64,000 nucleotides of DNA from an uncultured Methanosarcinaceae archaeon (GCA_963721455.1 CAVRJG010000038.1:86204-150203); one strand, 5' to 3'. Positions 21,099 through 34,109 are shown, counted from the first letter of the stretch. Notes: generated from the letters alone by a model not told the origin. Translations and numbers: made by a program.

Positions 21099-22187
21099 TC
21101 AAAAACCTGGTTCAGGTTCATTAAACCCGGTTTCAGGCTCCTGGATAGGAGTATCAAAAAAGGGAATATCTGAATCTGCAAACCAGGCCTCAAGGAAACT
21201 CAACAGGTGGTACCTCAGGAAAACGGCAAGGGGCACATTCAGGAAGAACAGGGTTCCTAGAATCAAAGCCAGCTCTATAAGGACAAAGGGGATCAGGAGT
21301 ATCCAGCTAAGGGGGTCCGACAGCAGGAAAGAAAAGAGGAGGTACAGAACCCCGTCAACAACAAGGAAAGCAAGCCCTAAAACCAGCACAATTATCCCTA
21401 AAAGAAAAACCGCAAGGATAGCTATTCCTATCCCGAGCACTAACCTGGTAAACCAGTAGACCACAACTTCCTGCCAGCTTTTTCTAAAATTCTCAAAAAC
21501 AAGCCCGAAAGCCGAAAGAATCCCGGTTTTCCGGTAAATGGATAGAGGGATTGCAAGACTTAAAAGGGAATTTATTGCAGCTCCGAGCAGGACCAGCACA
21601 ATGATTACACCAGCAATCCAGAAAAGCCCTCCAACCATAGCAGGCCAGGCAAAATCCGAGGGCCTTTCGAGGATTCCCGGGACAAGAGGCAGTGCAGCTA
21701 TTCCGAAGAGAGCGAGAAATACCAGCCCCAGGGCTAAACGCACCAGCAGCAGGTAAAATCCCTTTTCCAGGAACCTTTGTGAATAATTCCAGAATTTTAC
21801 TTCGTTCCTTACCAGAGATTCCACAAAAACAAATTCCATAACACTGGAAATATATGAAAAAATCAAAGCTAAGAGAAGAATGAGAACTATTACTGCGATT
21901 ATAATTACCGTGGATGATTCAGACTGAATATAACTGAGGCCAGTCTCATCCGTGCCAAAGGGAAATACAGGCATCCTGCCAGGTTCGATATTCGGAAAAT
22001 TGTTTCCTAAATCTTCGGAGCCCGTCCGATAGTTGGTACCCGAACCTCCGTAACTCGAGCCAATGCCGCCTAAGAGTAAAATAATAATTGCGAGTTTTGC
22101 CCATTTCCAGAAATCAAAAGGCTCAAAAAGGGCTTTTCTTGTCCTTGAAAATGCTCTGTCTACCGCATCTATCCCATACCAGCTCAT
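21099..22187 (-). CDS. Multi-pass membrane protein of unknown function
   Basis: 362 aa with 6-8 hydrophobic segments. Confidence 0.8.
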   Translation of the reverse strand: MSWYGIDAVDRAFSRTRKALFEPFDFWKWAKLAIIILLLGGIGSSYGGSGTNYRTGSEDLGNNFPNIEPGRMPVFPFGTDETGLSYIQSESSTVIIIAVIVLILLLALIFSYISSVMEFVFVESLVRNEVKFWNYSQRFLEKGFYLLLVRLALGLVFLALFGIAALPLVPGILERPSDFAWPAMVGGLFWIAGVIIVLVLLGAAINSLLSLAIPLSIYRKTGILSAFGLVFENFRKSWQEVVVYWFTRLVLGIGIAILAVFLLGIIVLVLGLAFLVVDGVLYLLFSFLLSDPLSWILLIPFVLIELALILGTLFFLNVPLAVFLRYHLLSFLEAWFADSDIPFFDTPIQEPETGFNEPEPGF

Positions 22188-22380
22188 AACATAGAATTTT
22201 ACTCAGATGATAAATAATTATCTTGAGAGTTAGATTTGAGATTTCTCAAATAGTTTCTCAGACAAGCTTTGAGCTGCCCGAACATAAGAACTATAGAGAT
22301 TATCGCATTACCGTAGTCTCCCCTGTTACCTTTCCGCTTGCAACGACTGCCAGGAGCCAGTCTTAAGCCGTCATATTACC

Positions 22381-23280
22381 TTAACCGCGGCTGCGAGGCT
22401 GGGACAGCGCTTCAAAGCCTGCGACTACTTCAAACAGTTCCTCGTCGATGCCGCTCTGGCGCAAACGGTAAAATGATCCTCTGAGATCTTCCAGCAATTC
22501 ATCGATGTTTTTGTCGGCTCGTTGCATCGCTGCCAGCCGACTCGCATTTTCACTCGCAAGGGATTCGGCGCACGCCCGAAAGAGCGAGACAAAAAGGTAT
22601 TCGCTGATTAGCGCCCGCAGGGTCTCGGCGCTGTCGCCTATTACCTCGGAAAAGTTCCCGTTCGGCCAGGGAAGTTCAGCCAGTCCCTGTCGCCAGATTT
22701 CGTCCAGTGGCAGTAGCCGCTGACTGACTGGCTCATACATAGCCCCGTGTTTGGGGCGATTGTAGAAGAGATAGAGTTCGGCAGCTTCCTCCTGGCTGTT
22801 GAGCTTTTCGCTCTCCACGAGAATCTGCCCTATGAGCGGGGTGATGGCCTTGACCGAATTCGGCACATTAAAGAGCCCTACCACTGGCAGGTCCGCGTCC
22901 ACCAGGCGAGCATGAACGCGCTCACCGACTGCCCGGACCTGAGTTTTTCCCGGCAGAGCCGCCAGCGCCCTGACCGCATAATCGGCTACAATCTCATTAA
23001 ACTGGCCCACCAGTCCCTGGTCTGAACCGAATACGACCGCACTAATGACACCGGAGTCCGTTCGCCCTTTCCGTTCTGCAGGAACGGCTACCGGCTCGCT
23101 TTCCCGAAAACAGACACCAAGCCCCAGTTCCACGGTGCGATAGTAGTCAGCCAGCGCACTCACCGATTTCTCGTATTGCACGATACTGGAGGCTGCAAGC
23201 GCTTTCATCGTGCGGACGACGGCTTGGAGCTCTCCTGCTCTGCTGATCTTCCTGCGCAGACTCTCTGTCGTGTCACTCAT
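22381..23280 (-). CDS. atpG: F-type (N-ATPase) ATP synthase gamma subunit
   Basis: [38 protein letters not shown]. Confidence 0.93.
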   Translation of the reverse strand: MSDTTESLRRKISRAGELQAVVRTMKALAASSIVQYEKSVSALADYYRTVELGLGVCFRESEPVAVPAERKGRTDSGVISAVVFGSDQGLVGQFNEIVADYAVRALAALPGKTQVRAVGERVHARLVDADLPVVGLFNVPNSVKAITPLIGQILVESEKLNSQEEAAELYLFYNRPKHGAMYEPVSQRLLPLDEIWRQGLAELPWPNGNFSEVIGDSAETLRALISEYLFVSLFRACAESLASENASRLAAMQRADKNIDELLEDLRGSFYRLRQSGIDEELFEVVAGFEALSQPRSRG

Positions 23281-24878
23281 GATTTTCCCTTGAGTTCCGA
23301 CTCTGGTTTTACCTCATTTTTGGCTTCCTGCTCAGACTCAGGTTCAGGCCTGGACTGGAAGCGTGCGAGCGCTTTGAGGGCGATCTGGAGAATAGTTTCG
23401 CGATCCTTGTCGCTCAATTCTGCATCCGTATCGAACCGTTCTCGCACCTCCGCAGGGATGTCCTCTGCAGCCTCGCGCAGGGAATGTTCAGCATCCGTCA
23501 TCCGTTCAAGCGGCACGCGGTCGAAGAGTTTTGCTGTCAATGCAAGCAGGATGATGATTTGTTCGGGCACGGACACCGGAGCAGATTCCGGTTGCTTGAG
23601 GAGGGCGCGGATTCGCCGCCCATGCTCGATAATCTTCTGGGTATTTTCGTCCAGCCTGGCACCGAAACGGGTAAAGGTTTCCAGTTCCTCGAACTGTGAG
23701 TAGGCGAGCTTGAGATCGCCCGCCACATTGCGGTAGACCTCACGCTGCGCTTTGCCGCCTACGCGTGAAACGGATTTGCCGACATCGACCGCAGGCAGCA
23801 CACCCAGTTCGAACAGCGATGGCGAGAGGTAGATCTGCCCGTCCGTGATGGAAATGAGATTGGTCGGAATATAGGCAGAAATGTTCTGCGCTTCGGTTTC
23901 GACGATAGGTAGGGCTGTAAGAGAACCGCCTCCAAGTTCTTTGCGCAGGTGCGTAGCACGTTCCAGCAGCCGCGAGTGGATATAAAAAATATCGCCGGGA
24001 TAGGCTTCACGACCTGGAGGACGGCGCAGCAAGAGAGAGAGTTCACGGTAGGCGCGAGCATGCTGGATGAGGTCGTCGTAAACGATCAGCACATCACGGC
24101 CCTCTTCCATGAAATACTCCGCAATGCTGGTCGCGGCGTACGGAGCTACATAGGCGAGGCCGGATGGATCGTTGCCCTCGGTCACGACGACGACAGTGTA
24201 ATCCATCGCACCCTTTTCACGCAGAGTTGCCACGACCCTGGCAACGGCTGAAGCGCGCTGGCCTATGGCACAATAAACGCACAGCACATTATAGTCGCGC
24301 TGGTTGAGGATGGTGTCGATCGCAATGGTGGTCTTGCCAGTCTGACGGTCACCCAGAATCAATTCGCGCTGGCCGCGACCGATAGGAATGAGCGTATCGA
24401 TGACTTTAAGGCCGGTCTGGAGAGGCACAGTGACTGGAGAGCGGTCCATAATGGGCGGGCTGGGGCGTTCAATGGGCAAGCGCTTGCTGGAGATTACCGG
24501 TCCTTTACCATCCAGAGGCCGGCCGAGAGGGTCGATGACGCGCCCAAGCAATCGATCGCCTACGGCAACATCCATAACTCGGCCAGTGCGCTCGACTTCA
24601 TCGCCCGCGTGCAGATGCCAGTATTCGCCGAGCAGAACGACGCCGATTTCGTTCTCGTCTACATTGAACGCAATTCCGAAAACCTCTCCCGGAAACTTTA
24701 CCAGCTCCTCGAAGCCTACACCAGGAAGGCCTGAGACATTGGCGATACCTGTGGACACTGCCTTGATTGCGCCCACCTCCCGCGGACTAAGCTGAGGCGT
24801 GAAAGTTTCCCGCACCTTACTTATTCCGGCGAACGTGCTGTCGAAGACCCTCTGCAGACTTTCAGGTTCCATGTTCAC
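23277..24878 (-). CDS. atpA: F-type (N-ATPase) alpha subunit
   Basis: [35 protein letters not shown]. Confidence 0.96.
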   Translation of the reverse strand: MNMEPESLQRVFDSTFAGISKVRETFTPQLSPREVGAIKAVSTGIANVSGLPGVGFEELVKFPGEVFGIAFNVDENEIGVVLLGEYWHLHAGDEVERTGRVMDVAVGDRLLGRVIDPLGRPLDGKGPVISSKRLPIERPSPPIMDRSPVTVPLQTGLKVIDTLIPIGRGQRELILGDRQTGKTTIAIDTILNQRDYNVLCVYCAIGQRASAVARVVATLREKGAMDYTVVVVTEGNDPSGLAYVAPYAATSIAEYFMEEGRDVLIVYDDLIQHARAYRELSLLLRRPPGREAYPGDIFYIHSRLLERATHLRKELGGGSLTALPIVETEAQNISAYIPTNLISITDGQIYLSPSLFELGVLPAVDVGKSVSRVGGKAQREVYRNVAGDLKLAYSQFEELETFTRFGARLDENTQKIIEHGRRIRALLKQPESAPVSVPEQIIILLALTAKLFDRVPLERMTDAEHSLREAAEDIPAEVRERFDTDAELSDKDRETILQIALKALARFQSRPEPESEQEAKNEVKPESELKGKS

Positions 24879-25749
24879 TGGCTCTTTGTTGGGGCTTAGA
24901 CCCTGGTTTCATCTCTTTCTCAGACTCTGGCTCAGGTTTTGACCCTGGCTCATCGGGTCCGGGCTCAGGCCTGGTCCTGGTTTCAGGCTTGGACTGTTCT
25001 TTTAGAAGCTCGTCTACACCCTTTTCCAGCGATTCGAGGTAATCTTCAATGCTCCATGCCACTTTTTGTCCATTCACAGTGAGTTCGATACCGCTAATAA
25101 GATCTGGAGCTGTCTCAAACCTGATTTGAGCCTCCGTGCCAAGGGTTTCCTTGACTGCCCCTTCAATTGAGTCACGCTGTGCGGGTGGAAGATCAAAAGT
25201 AGTGCGAACAAGAATCTGGCCGGGAAACGAATTAAATTCCGAGACCAACTGCCCTTTTTCCGTATCGTTTAGCTCGCGCAGTCTCCGAACAAACACATCA
25301 ACCATACGCTCTTCAAGACTCGCTCCAGCTAGATCTGCCAGCGCCTTTCGTGCAATGGCGAAAACTTCCTGCCGGGCCCGGCGGCTGATTTCCTGATTTA
25401 AGTTACGTTTGTCATTTCTCAACGTTTCCTGAAGCTTTGAATTCAAGTCGGCTGCGGCCTTCCTTACTTCATCCATAAGCCGCTGACGTTCGGCTTTCGC
25501 TTCATCCCTTGCCTTGCTCAGGAGCGCAGAACGTTGCTTGTCGAATTCCTCATTCTTACGCTTGAATTCATCTTGCTCTTTTTGGGCATCTGCCTTTTTC
25601 GCGTCTGCGTTCGCGAGTTCATCTGCGATCCGCTTCTCCCGCGCGTCGATGGCGTTGAGGATGGGCTTGTAAAGAAAGTGCTGCAGCAACCACACCAGGA
25701 TTAGGAAATTAAGCACCTGTGCAATGACGGTGAACCAATCGATCAGCAT
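24862..25749 (-). CDS. atpF: N-ATPase b subunit with delta-like C-terminal extension
   Basis: [20 protein letters not shown], long coiled coil, C-terminal PDLISGIEL. Confidence 0.9.
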   Translation of the reverse strand: MLIDWFTVIAQVLNFLILVWLLQHFLYKPILNAIDAREKRIADELANADAKKADAQKEQDEFKRKNEEFDKQRSALLSKARDEAKAERQRLMDEVRKAAADLNSKLQETLRNDKRNLNQEISRRARQEVFAIARKALADLAGASLEERMVDVFVRRLRELNDTEKGQLVSEFNSFPGQILVRTTFDLPPAQRDSIEGAVKETLGTEAQIRFETAPDLISGIELTVNGQKVAWSIEDYLESLEKGVDELLKEQSKPETRTRPEPGPDEPGSKPEPESEKEMKPGSKPQQRASEHGT

Positions 25750-25767
25750 AGGCTTACTTTCCTGCGG

Positions 25768-26037
25768 TTAGGCAATTGCGTGGTTCCAGAACGGGTTGGC
25801 GAAGATCAGGATCATCGAGACCACGAAACAATAGATTGCCAGGGACTCGATCATCGCCAGTCCCACGAACAGAGTCCGGGTAATCGTGGCAGAAGCGTCA
25901 GGTTGCTGTGCCAGTGAACTCAGTGCAATCGCTACCGACCGCCCTTCGCTCAGGGCTGGTCCGATGACCCCGATGCTAATTGTGATGCCGGAGGTGACAA
26001 TCGATGCCACCGCGATGGTAGTCGTATAAGTATCCAT
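25768..26037 (-). CDS. atpE: N-ATPase c subunit (89 aa)
   Basis: Two TM helices, AQQPD loop, GLAMIESLAIY; ATG 26037 with GGAG RBS. Confidence 0.93.
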   Translation of the reverse strand: MDTYTTTIAVASIVTSGITISIGVIGPALSEGRSVAIALSSLAQQPDASATITRTLFVGLAMIESLAIYCFVVSMILIFANPFWNHAIA

Positions 26038-26068
26038 AGCGTCTCCTTTTGTTGTTAGCGTTATTGTT

Positions 26069-26764
26069 TCAATCCTTATGCTCCGGTTCAGGTCTGGACC
26101 TGTGGGTGCGTGTGGCGGCAGCAATGTAAACTGTGGCCAGGATGCTGAAGATGTATGCCTGCACCATGCCAGTGAGCAGACCGAGAGCGGTCATAATAAT
26201 CGGGAAAATTAGTGGTGTGATAGTCAGCAGAATGGCGATAATCATAGCCTCGCTCATCATGTTACCGAACAGGCGAATCGCCAGAGCAAGCGTGCGGGAG
26301 ATTTCGCTGATGATATTAAACGGCAGCATTATCAATGTCGGCTCCGTGTATGATTTGAGGTAGTCGCCTAAGCCTTGCTTCTCTACGCCGAATATGGGCA
26401 CTGCGACAAATACACATAACGCGAGCGCTGCAGTTGTTGAGAGCGATCCGGTCGGCGGTTCATAACCTGGAATGATGGTAAAGAGAGTTGCCGTGGCAAT
26501 AAAAAGAAAGAGTGTGCCCAGAAAACCGATATACTTCCGCGGTTCACTCAGGCCCACCTCTTCAATCTGATACAGAATGCCCGTGACGATAATTTCCAGA
26601 AGGTTCTGCCAGCGTGAACGTTCAAGACCTGTGGAAAGTTTGCGCGTAACAATTTTTGAGCTGACTGAAAGCACGAGCATCAGTGCCCAGGTAAACACAA
26701 TAGTGGCGTTGAGCTTGATCAAACCGTACTGCCAAAAAACCAGCTCGTCAGGACTAAGTCGCAT
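26069..26764 (-). CDS. atpB: N-ATPase a subunit
   Basis: LALAIRLFGNM (stator Arg), VQAYIFSIL. Confidence 0.93.
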   Translation of the reverse strand: MRLSPDELVFWQYGLIKLNATIVFTWALMLVLSVSSKIVTRKLSTGLERSRWQNLLEIIVTGILYQIEEVGLSEPRKYIGFLGTLFLFIATATLFTIIPGYEPPTGSLSTTAALALCVFVAVPIFGVEKQGLGDYLKSYTEPTLIMLPFNIISEISRTLALAIRLFGNMMSEAMIIAILLTITPLIFPIIMTALGLLTGMVQAYIFSILATVYIAAATRTHRSRPEPEHKD

Positions 26765-27068
26765 GATTTGCCTCCTTTGTCATTTGATTCGGTTCTTCCT
26801 CAGGCTGTCGGGTGAGCCGCGTCACAATACGGCGTGCAACGATAAATCCAAGAAGACATATGAGCAGCCTCTCCCAATGGTTGCCCGAGGCAAAATAAAA
26901 TCCGACCATGACGGTGCTTGTCCTCAATAGCAGGCTGCCGAGGAACCAGAGTGCAGGTTGTCTGGATGAAAGCCCCTTCTGAATCGTCCACCAAAGGCCG
27001 CCGAAGAAAATCACTCCAAGCAAAAAGCCTCCTGCCAGAGCCGGGATGAGACTCAAAGTTTCATTCAT
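26754..27068 (-). CDS. atpR: N-ATPase AtpR subunit
   Basis: Small membrane protein with FFGGLWWT and SLLLR, positioned between atpQ and atpB. Confidence 0.82.
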   Translation of the reverse strand: MNETLSLIPALAGGFLLGVIFFGGLWWTIQKGLSSRQPALWFLGSLLLRTSTVMVGFYFASGNHWERLLICLLGFIVARRIVTRLTRQPEEEPNQMTKEANHAT

Positions 27069-27391
27069 CGTTATCCTCCTGTTCCTCTTTTATCTCCTGG
27101 TGTTCTTTGGCCACCCAATGCCACGCAGTCAAACAGCCGATGAACAGACCGATTATCAGCATCATGAGCGTCCAGGAATATCTTCCGGGATAGTGCTCGT
27201 CCAGCCAGAGGCCAAGTACCGCGCCTAGAAGCGTTGGAATCACCACCGACCAGCCAATAATCCCCATCATGCCTAAGCCAAACCAGACGCTCCGCTTGAC
27301 ATTACGTTGTGCTTTGAGTTTACGAGCTGCCTTGGCACCAACCTGGCCGGCCAGGGCCGGCTCGTTCCTCTGGATATTCTCTTTCTGCTCG

Positions 27392-27399
<8 letters not shown>
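27061..27399 (-). CDS. atpQ: N-ATPase AtpQ (AtpZ/AtpI-like) membrane protein
   Basis: GLGMMGIIGWSVVIPTLLG...GLWLD motif and operon position. Confidence 0.82.
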
Positions 27400-29210
<1,811 letters not shown>

Positions 29211-29555
29211 TCATTAACAGCTCCAGTCATGTTTCATCGTACCCTTTCGCTTTTGAAGTACCCTTTCCTGTGGGGCATAACTCGTAAGAATTGAAGGGTA
29301 TAATGAGAATTAACATTCAATTTAGTGCCACAAAAATCACAGTGGACAGGAAATGCTAAAGAGAACATAGAATGGTATCGGTTTTCAGGCAATACCTTCG
29401 GCAAGGTATTATATCGCCTTATAAGCCCTGGTTTTACCAGTGAATGTTTTTACCAGTGAGTTATTTATTGGTTTGTTCCCCTTTCCCATAAAGAGATATA
29501 TCATTTCAATATATTAATTTGACTTGATATATTTCCTTTTCACGTCTACCGCAAA

Positions 29556-29591
29556 TAGAATTTTAGAATTAAATATAATTCTAAAATTCTA
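29556..29591. repeat. Perfect 16-bp inverted repeat with 4-nt loop
   Basis: TAGAATTTTAGAATTA-AATA-TAATTCTAAAATTCTA. Confidence 0.85.
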
Positions 29592-29687
29592 AGACTAGAA
29601 TAATAAGATCGGAAAGATTTGTAATACTGAAAACGATATAAGCAATGATTAAAATGAAAAAGCATAAATTGCAAGGTAAAAATTTTC

Positions 29688-29820
29688 CATTTGTATTCGG
29701 TTAAGATACGAAATGCCTAAAATGTGTTATTTCTTACGCGAATATCTATGAATTATGTTGGGAAATCACTATACGTGGTATTCGAAGTTGTGCATAAAAT
29801 TCGTTAACCGATGACAAATG
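29688..29820. mobile_element. 133-bp MITE with IS4/ISH8-type ends
   Basis: Ends CATTTGTATTCGGTTAA / TTAACCGATGACAAATG; exact 10-bp TSD AAAAATTTTC at 29678-29687 and 29821-29830. Confidence 0.92.
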
Positions 29821-30207
29821 AAAAATTTTCAAAATAGCATAAATTTGAGTGGAAATGGCTGCGATCCTGCAAAAATAAGTTAATCTGGCATTTCAAATTA
29901 AGTTTATTCCGTCAATCTCATCTTCTTCAGGTATTCTTTCTCTTTCATAAATACTTCCCTGTGGGCATTGTAAGTATCCGTTAAGTTTTCTCTGTCTTTT
30001 GCATCGATTCATAAATCTTGAGAAATCAAAAACATCTTCAAAACCAGAGCCCCGGTTCCATATATGTTCTTTAATTGGCAAGGTTTAGGTTATTCCGGAT
30101 TAAAACATGTGTTATGACGTGACAGATGACCTAAAAGAGGTGGGCTAAAAAAGAACATATTATTGAAGGTTTCACAGGATTAAGGGAACCACATCAAAAG
30201 AAATTAG

Positions 30208-30301
30208 CGGGCCCGCCGCGATTCGAACGCGAGTCAATGGGTATCTTCGTAATAATCTTACTTCGAAGCCCATTAGGATATCCTGGCTACCCTACGAGCC
30301 C
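30208..30301 (-). tRNA. tRNA-Arg(UCG) with a 20-nt canonical intron (30243-30262)
   Basis: GGGCTCG acceptor, anticodon stem ATGGG/CCCAT, CT-TCG-A loop, intron after position 37, GTTCGAATC T-loop; 74 nt spliced; no encoded CCA. Confidence 0.93.
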
Positions 30302-30330
30302 GTGGTGCAGCATTAGTGATAGGAGCTATC

Positions 30331-30345
30331 CATATTAAAGGTTTC
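30331..30345 (-). promoter_or_regulatory. BRE-TATA promoter of tRNA-Arg
   Basis: Minus strand GAAACC-TTTAATATG about 30 nt upstream of the tRNA. Confidence 0.65.
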
Positions 30346-30966
30346 TCTCAAAATTAAGGTAGCAGGAAATAGAAGCATGGAGAGAACAGGACAGGAAAAG
30401 GACAGTGATAAAGAAAGAGAACATCGGAGGCAGAAGAGATTAAAAGGGGCAGAAAAGAACAGAAGGGGACGAAAAAGGTAGATCAGGGTAAAAAAGGAGA
30501 GAAAAGAAAATATTTGAGGTTAAAAATCCGGATTGAGAAGCGATTTTCCTGAAAATTTCAGTACAAAAATTTCAGGTTAGGTTAGGATAGCAGAGCAGTA
30601 AATAAAAAAATATATTAAGTTGAACAGAGTAATAAATACCCACGATTGTAAAAAAAGTGAAACAGAGATTCCTTCATGAAACAGATGATCCTTCATAAAA
30701 GAGAAATGGATTGATTAAAGAATATGCAATGAATAAAGATTTCGCGATATCAGGGATTAATATTGAAATATTAAAGTTAATAGAGTTATACACATACAAG
30801 CAAAATTACATAGGAAAAAATAGTTCTATTTTATTTTGTAAACTGCGTCTAAATATAAAAGTCAGCTGGAAAATGTCCTAACAATGCCAAGCTAATGATT
30901 CTATATAACTTCATAGTGCGGGGAGCTATAAAGGTAAAATATAAAAATGAGTGAGGGTCTTTAAAA

Positions 30967-31689
30967 ATGAAAAGGGTTTCAACAGGCATAGAGGAGCTGG
31001 ACAGGAAGCTGAGTGGGGGTTATCCTGCAAATAAAGTAACCCTTATAACAGGCGTAGCAGGGAGCGGAAAAACAATCTTCGGAATCCATTTCACTCACAA
31101 AAACTGTCTTGAAGGCAGGAAATGCTTGATAATGGCAACTGAAGAAACCCCTGAAGATATCCTCTACCAGGCAAGCCTGCTAGGGCACGACCTTACACCG
31201 TACTATGAGAGCGGACAGCTTATTATAGAAAATATATTTGAGAACCGCTCAGAAATAATAGGGAAGACCAGATACGGATTTAAGCCTGAAAGTTTGGATA
31301 TTGAAATCCCCAATCTTGTCGAATTAATACGTGAAGGGACTGAATGCCTTGTCATAGACAATATAGGCACTTTCGCTCTCAGAGTCTCTCTAAAAAGGCT
31401 GAGAGACCAGTTTGACGGGCTGAACTACCTGGTGAGGAAAAAGGGCTGTACTACTCTTTTAATTATGGACGATTCCGCATACAACATGACCCACCAGCTT
31501 GCTGAATATTCAGTCTATGGGTCTATCCGCCTGCTGGTAAAAGAAAATTCTTATCTTGGAAAAATGGAGCGTTACCTGAGCATACCCAAGATGCGCAGTA
31601 CTCCTATTTCTCCTGAAATGTCTGTCTTTGAAATCACATCAAACGGGATCAAAATTCATGAGTCGGGAGGAGGAAGTCTTGGGGAGTGA
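30967..31689 (+). CDS. KaiC-like (RAD55-type) single-domain ATPase
   Basis: STGIEELD..LSGG, Walker A GVAGSGKT, ATEE, VIDN, KMR finger. Confidence 0.88.
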   Translation: MKRVSTGIEELDRKLSGGYPANKVTLITGVAGSGKTIFGIHFTHKNCLEGRKCLIMATEETPEDILYQASLLGHDLTPYYESGQLIIENIFENRSEIIGKTRYGFKPESLDIEIPNLVELIREGTECLVIDNIGTFALRVSLKRLRDQFDGLNYLVRKKGCTTLLIMDDSAYNMTHQLAEYSVYGSIRLLVKENSYLGKMERYLSIPKMRSTPISPEMSVFEITSNGIKIHESGGGSLGE

Positions 31690-32530
31690 AACCAGACCAA
31701 AAATCCTCATTGTCGACGACATGCCTGAGAACGTAGAGCTTATAGAAGCATATCTTTCGGTGGAGCCTTATGATACTATTACTGCATATAGCGGAAGAGA
31801 AGCTATCCTGAAATTAAAGGAAGAAAAACTCGACATGATCCTTCTGGACGTCATGATGCCTGAGGTCAGCGGCTATGAGGTCTGCAGAATTGTCAAGAAT
31901 GATCCCGAAACCCAGTTCATTCCGGTTTTGATGCTTACTGCTCTTTCCGAAATTGAAGACCGGATAAAGGGAATCGAAGCCGGAGCTGATGACTTCCTTA
32001 CAAAACCCATAAACAAGTTGGAGCTCAAGACCAGAGTAAAATCCCTGCTCAGGGTAAAGTGCATGCATGATCGGCTGGTGGCTGACCGCAACAGCCTTGA
32101 GATAAAAAACCGGGTACAGAATATCCTTACCGCAATCATTCCGACTCTGCTCCAGGTTATTTCCGATGAGGAAAAGAAGGTCATAATTAACCAGATGACA
32201 GGCATGGTCGAAAAAACGCTTCTTGATAGTTACCATCTTGAGAACAGGGAAATGGACTTCGCTTACGCAGGGAATGTCTGTGCCGAAATAATGAACCAGT
32301 TAGGCGGAAGCTTCTCCTCTGCAATGGGTGAAAAAGAAAAATCCTGGATAATAAGGGGAACAAGGTGCCCCTGGAAAGGAGAAGAAGCCCGGAAAAACCC
32401 TATTTTGTGTACTTTGACCAGGAAAATCTTCTCAAACATAACCTTGAAAGTGGACTCTGGCTTCAGCCTTGAGGCGCTGAAAACCATAGGGAACAGGAAT
32501 GATTGCTGTGAATTCCTGATAAAAGCATAA
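31658..32530 (+). CDS. Response regulator: REC domain plus Cys-containing V4R-like methanogen output domain
   Basis: ILIVDD, LLDVMMP, GADDFLTKP; C-terminal RCPW...ILC...DCCEF. Confidence 0.85.
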   Translation: MSREEEVLGSETRPKILIVDDMPENVELIEAYLSVEPYDTITAYSGREAILKLKEEKLDMILLDVMMPEVSGYEVCRIVKNDPETQFIPVLMLTALSEIEDRIKGIEAGADDFLTKPINKLELKTRVKSLLRVKCMHDRLVADRNSLEIKNRVQNILTAIIPTLLQVISDEEKKVIINQMTGMVEKTLLDSYHLENREMDFAYAGNVCAEIMNQLGGSFSSAMGEKEKSWIIRGTRCPWKGEEARKNPILCTLTRKIFSNITLKVDSGFSLEALKTIGNRNDCCEFLIKA

Positions 32531-32617
32531 TGATATTTCGTCTTCACTTACATTCCAGAATTTGCCTTTTTTCATAAAGTATTCGGTTAAAGGTAATGGC
32601 TAAAAACCCGAGGTTGG

Positions 32618-33328
32618 TCACTTCATGCCTGTAATTATTCTCACTCCTTCAGAGGTAATATCAAATATGGAATACCTGACCGGAACAGCCTTATCTCTCA
32701 TTTTTTCAATGTAAAGATATTTTTTAGTCGTTCCAGAACTAAAATTTTCCTGTGACGTGAGCCGGATCAGCCCGAAAACCATATATCCGGTAAGCCTGTT
32801 GGTCAGGTCGTAAGAATCCTCATCCATGATGAAGAGGCTTGTGCATCCGTTTTTTAGAAGAATAATACTTATCGAACTGAATTCATCGGCAAACTCTTTT
32901 ATGTCGTGGCTTATAGCCATTACTCCTATATTGTCGATGACCACTGCATCAACTTCAGAAGATATTGAGCTAAGATATTCGATTATATCCGTATCCACAG
33001 CACAGAGCCCTTTTCCGAATTTCGAAGCACTTTTGATTTTGTTCATCTTGTCTTCGAAGATATTCTTGATACTGAGCTGTCCGCTTTTCAGAAAGGGATC
33101 AAGATTAATCTTGAGACTTCTGGACTGGCTGAGAATATCTTCCGTTAGTTCTCTCGTAAGAATCAGTATGCATTTCCTGCCTTCCTGACAACTCCTGTGC
33201 AGGAAATGAAGCCCCATAATTGTTTTCCCTGCACCCGGAGGACCTGTAACCAGAATGCTCTTTCCTTTAGGGTACCCTCCGTCTGTCAGCACATCCAACC
33301 CTTCGATCCCTGTAGACAAGCTTTCCAT
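32618..33328 (-). CDS. Second KaiC-like ATPase
   Basis: STGIEGLD..GG, Walker A GPPGAGKT, VIDN, KMR; the EE pair is replaced by RE. Confidence 0.85.
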   Translation of the reverse strand: MESLSTGIEGLDVLTDGGYPKGKSILVTGPPGAGKTIMGLHFLHRSCQEGRKCILILTRELTEDILSQSRSLKINLDPFLKSGQLSIKNIFEDKMNKIKSASKFGKGLCAVDTDIIEYLSSISSEVDAVVIDNIGVMAISHDIKEFADEFSSISIILLKNGCTSLFIMDEDSYDLTNRLTGYMVFGLIRLTSQENFSSGTTKKYLYIEKMRDKAVPVRYSIFDITSEGVRIITGMK

Positions 33329-33431
33329 ATTATCACATCTTAAACGCAAGTAAGTTCCTTATTTATTATAATGTGTCTTAAGTGATATATTCTTCTCAAA
33401 AGAGTTAAATAAGTTTTAAAAATACAGCCTT

Positions 33432-34109
33432 TTAATCAAGATACCTTTCCTTAAACTCAGAAATCTGCTTACTGCTCCCCACAACTGCGATCGTGTCTCC
33501 TGCCCTTATTGTTGTCTGCCTTTTAATAGCATTTATGATGAGTTTTCCGCGTTCGATGCCTATTATCGTACAGCCGATCTGCTTTTCGAGATCAAGGTCT
33601 TGTATTGACTTATGGTCAAGGAAAGAATCCTTTTCAACGCGGTGTTTTTCAATTTCGATACCCTCGTAAAGCATTATGTCCTCATCGAGTCTACAGCTTT
33701 TCCCCATGCAATTTGCAGTCATTTTGGCAAGCATCTGGCCAGCTACTATGGAAAGGGAACCAACGTAGTCTGCTCCTGCCTTGTATATCTTGTCTATGGA
33801 TTTTACGGAGTTTGCCCTTGCAACAATGGTAATTTCAGGGTTCAGGCTCCTCGAAATAAGAGTTGCGAAAATAACATTGGTATCATCGTTAAGAGCCACA
33901 AATTCAAAAGAAGCTGTTTTTACTCCAGCTGCGGTCAGTACTTCTTCGTCCGCCCCGTTACCAACTAAATGCTCAAAGTCAACATTATCAAAAACTTTTT
34001 CATTAGAGTCCACAACTATAAAGCGAAATGGTCCTCCAGAGAGTATGTTTACGATGCTTTTTCCGACATCTCCATATCCCAGTACGACCAGATGTCCTTT
34101 TGATTCCAT
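33432..34109 (-). CDS. TrkA-type soluble RCK protein (RCK_N + RCK_C)
   Basis: VLGYGDVG Rossmann motif, KAGADYV, IIGIERG...GDTIAVVG. Confidence 0.88.
   Translation of the reverse strand: MESKGHLVVLGYGDVGKSIVNILSGGPFRFIVVDSNEKVFDNVDFEHLVGNGADEEVLTAAGVKTASFEFVALNDDTNVIFATLISRSLNPEITIVARANSVKSIDKIYKAGADYVGSLSIVAGQMLAKMTANCMGKSCRLDEDIMLYEGIEIEKHRVEKDSFLDHKSIQDLDLEKQIGCTIIGIERGKLIINAIKRQTTIRAGDTIAVVGSSKQISEFKERYLD

Noticed and set aside
20970-21100. Imperfect ~30-40-bp repeats downstream of the membrane-protein gene
   Set aside because: Looks like slippage duplication of the terminator region; no spacer structure
22190-22380. att-site duplicate of the tRNA-Arg 3' end at the far side of the N-ATPase operon
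   Set aside because: No matching sequence and no integrase seen
29893-30081. 62-aa ORF next to the tRNA as an integrase remnant
   Set aside because: No recombinase motif; weak TTG start
30355-30510. Purine-rich tract upstream of the tRNA
   Set aside because: Low-complexity strand asymmetry without periodicity or an ORF
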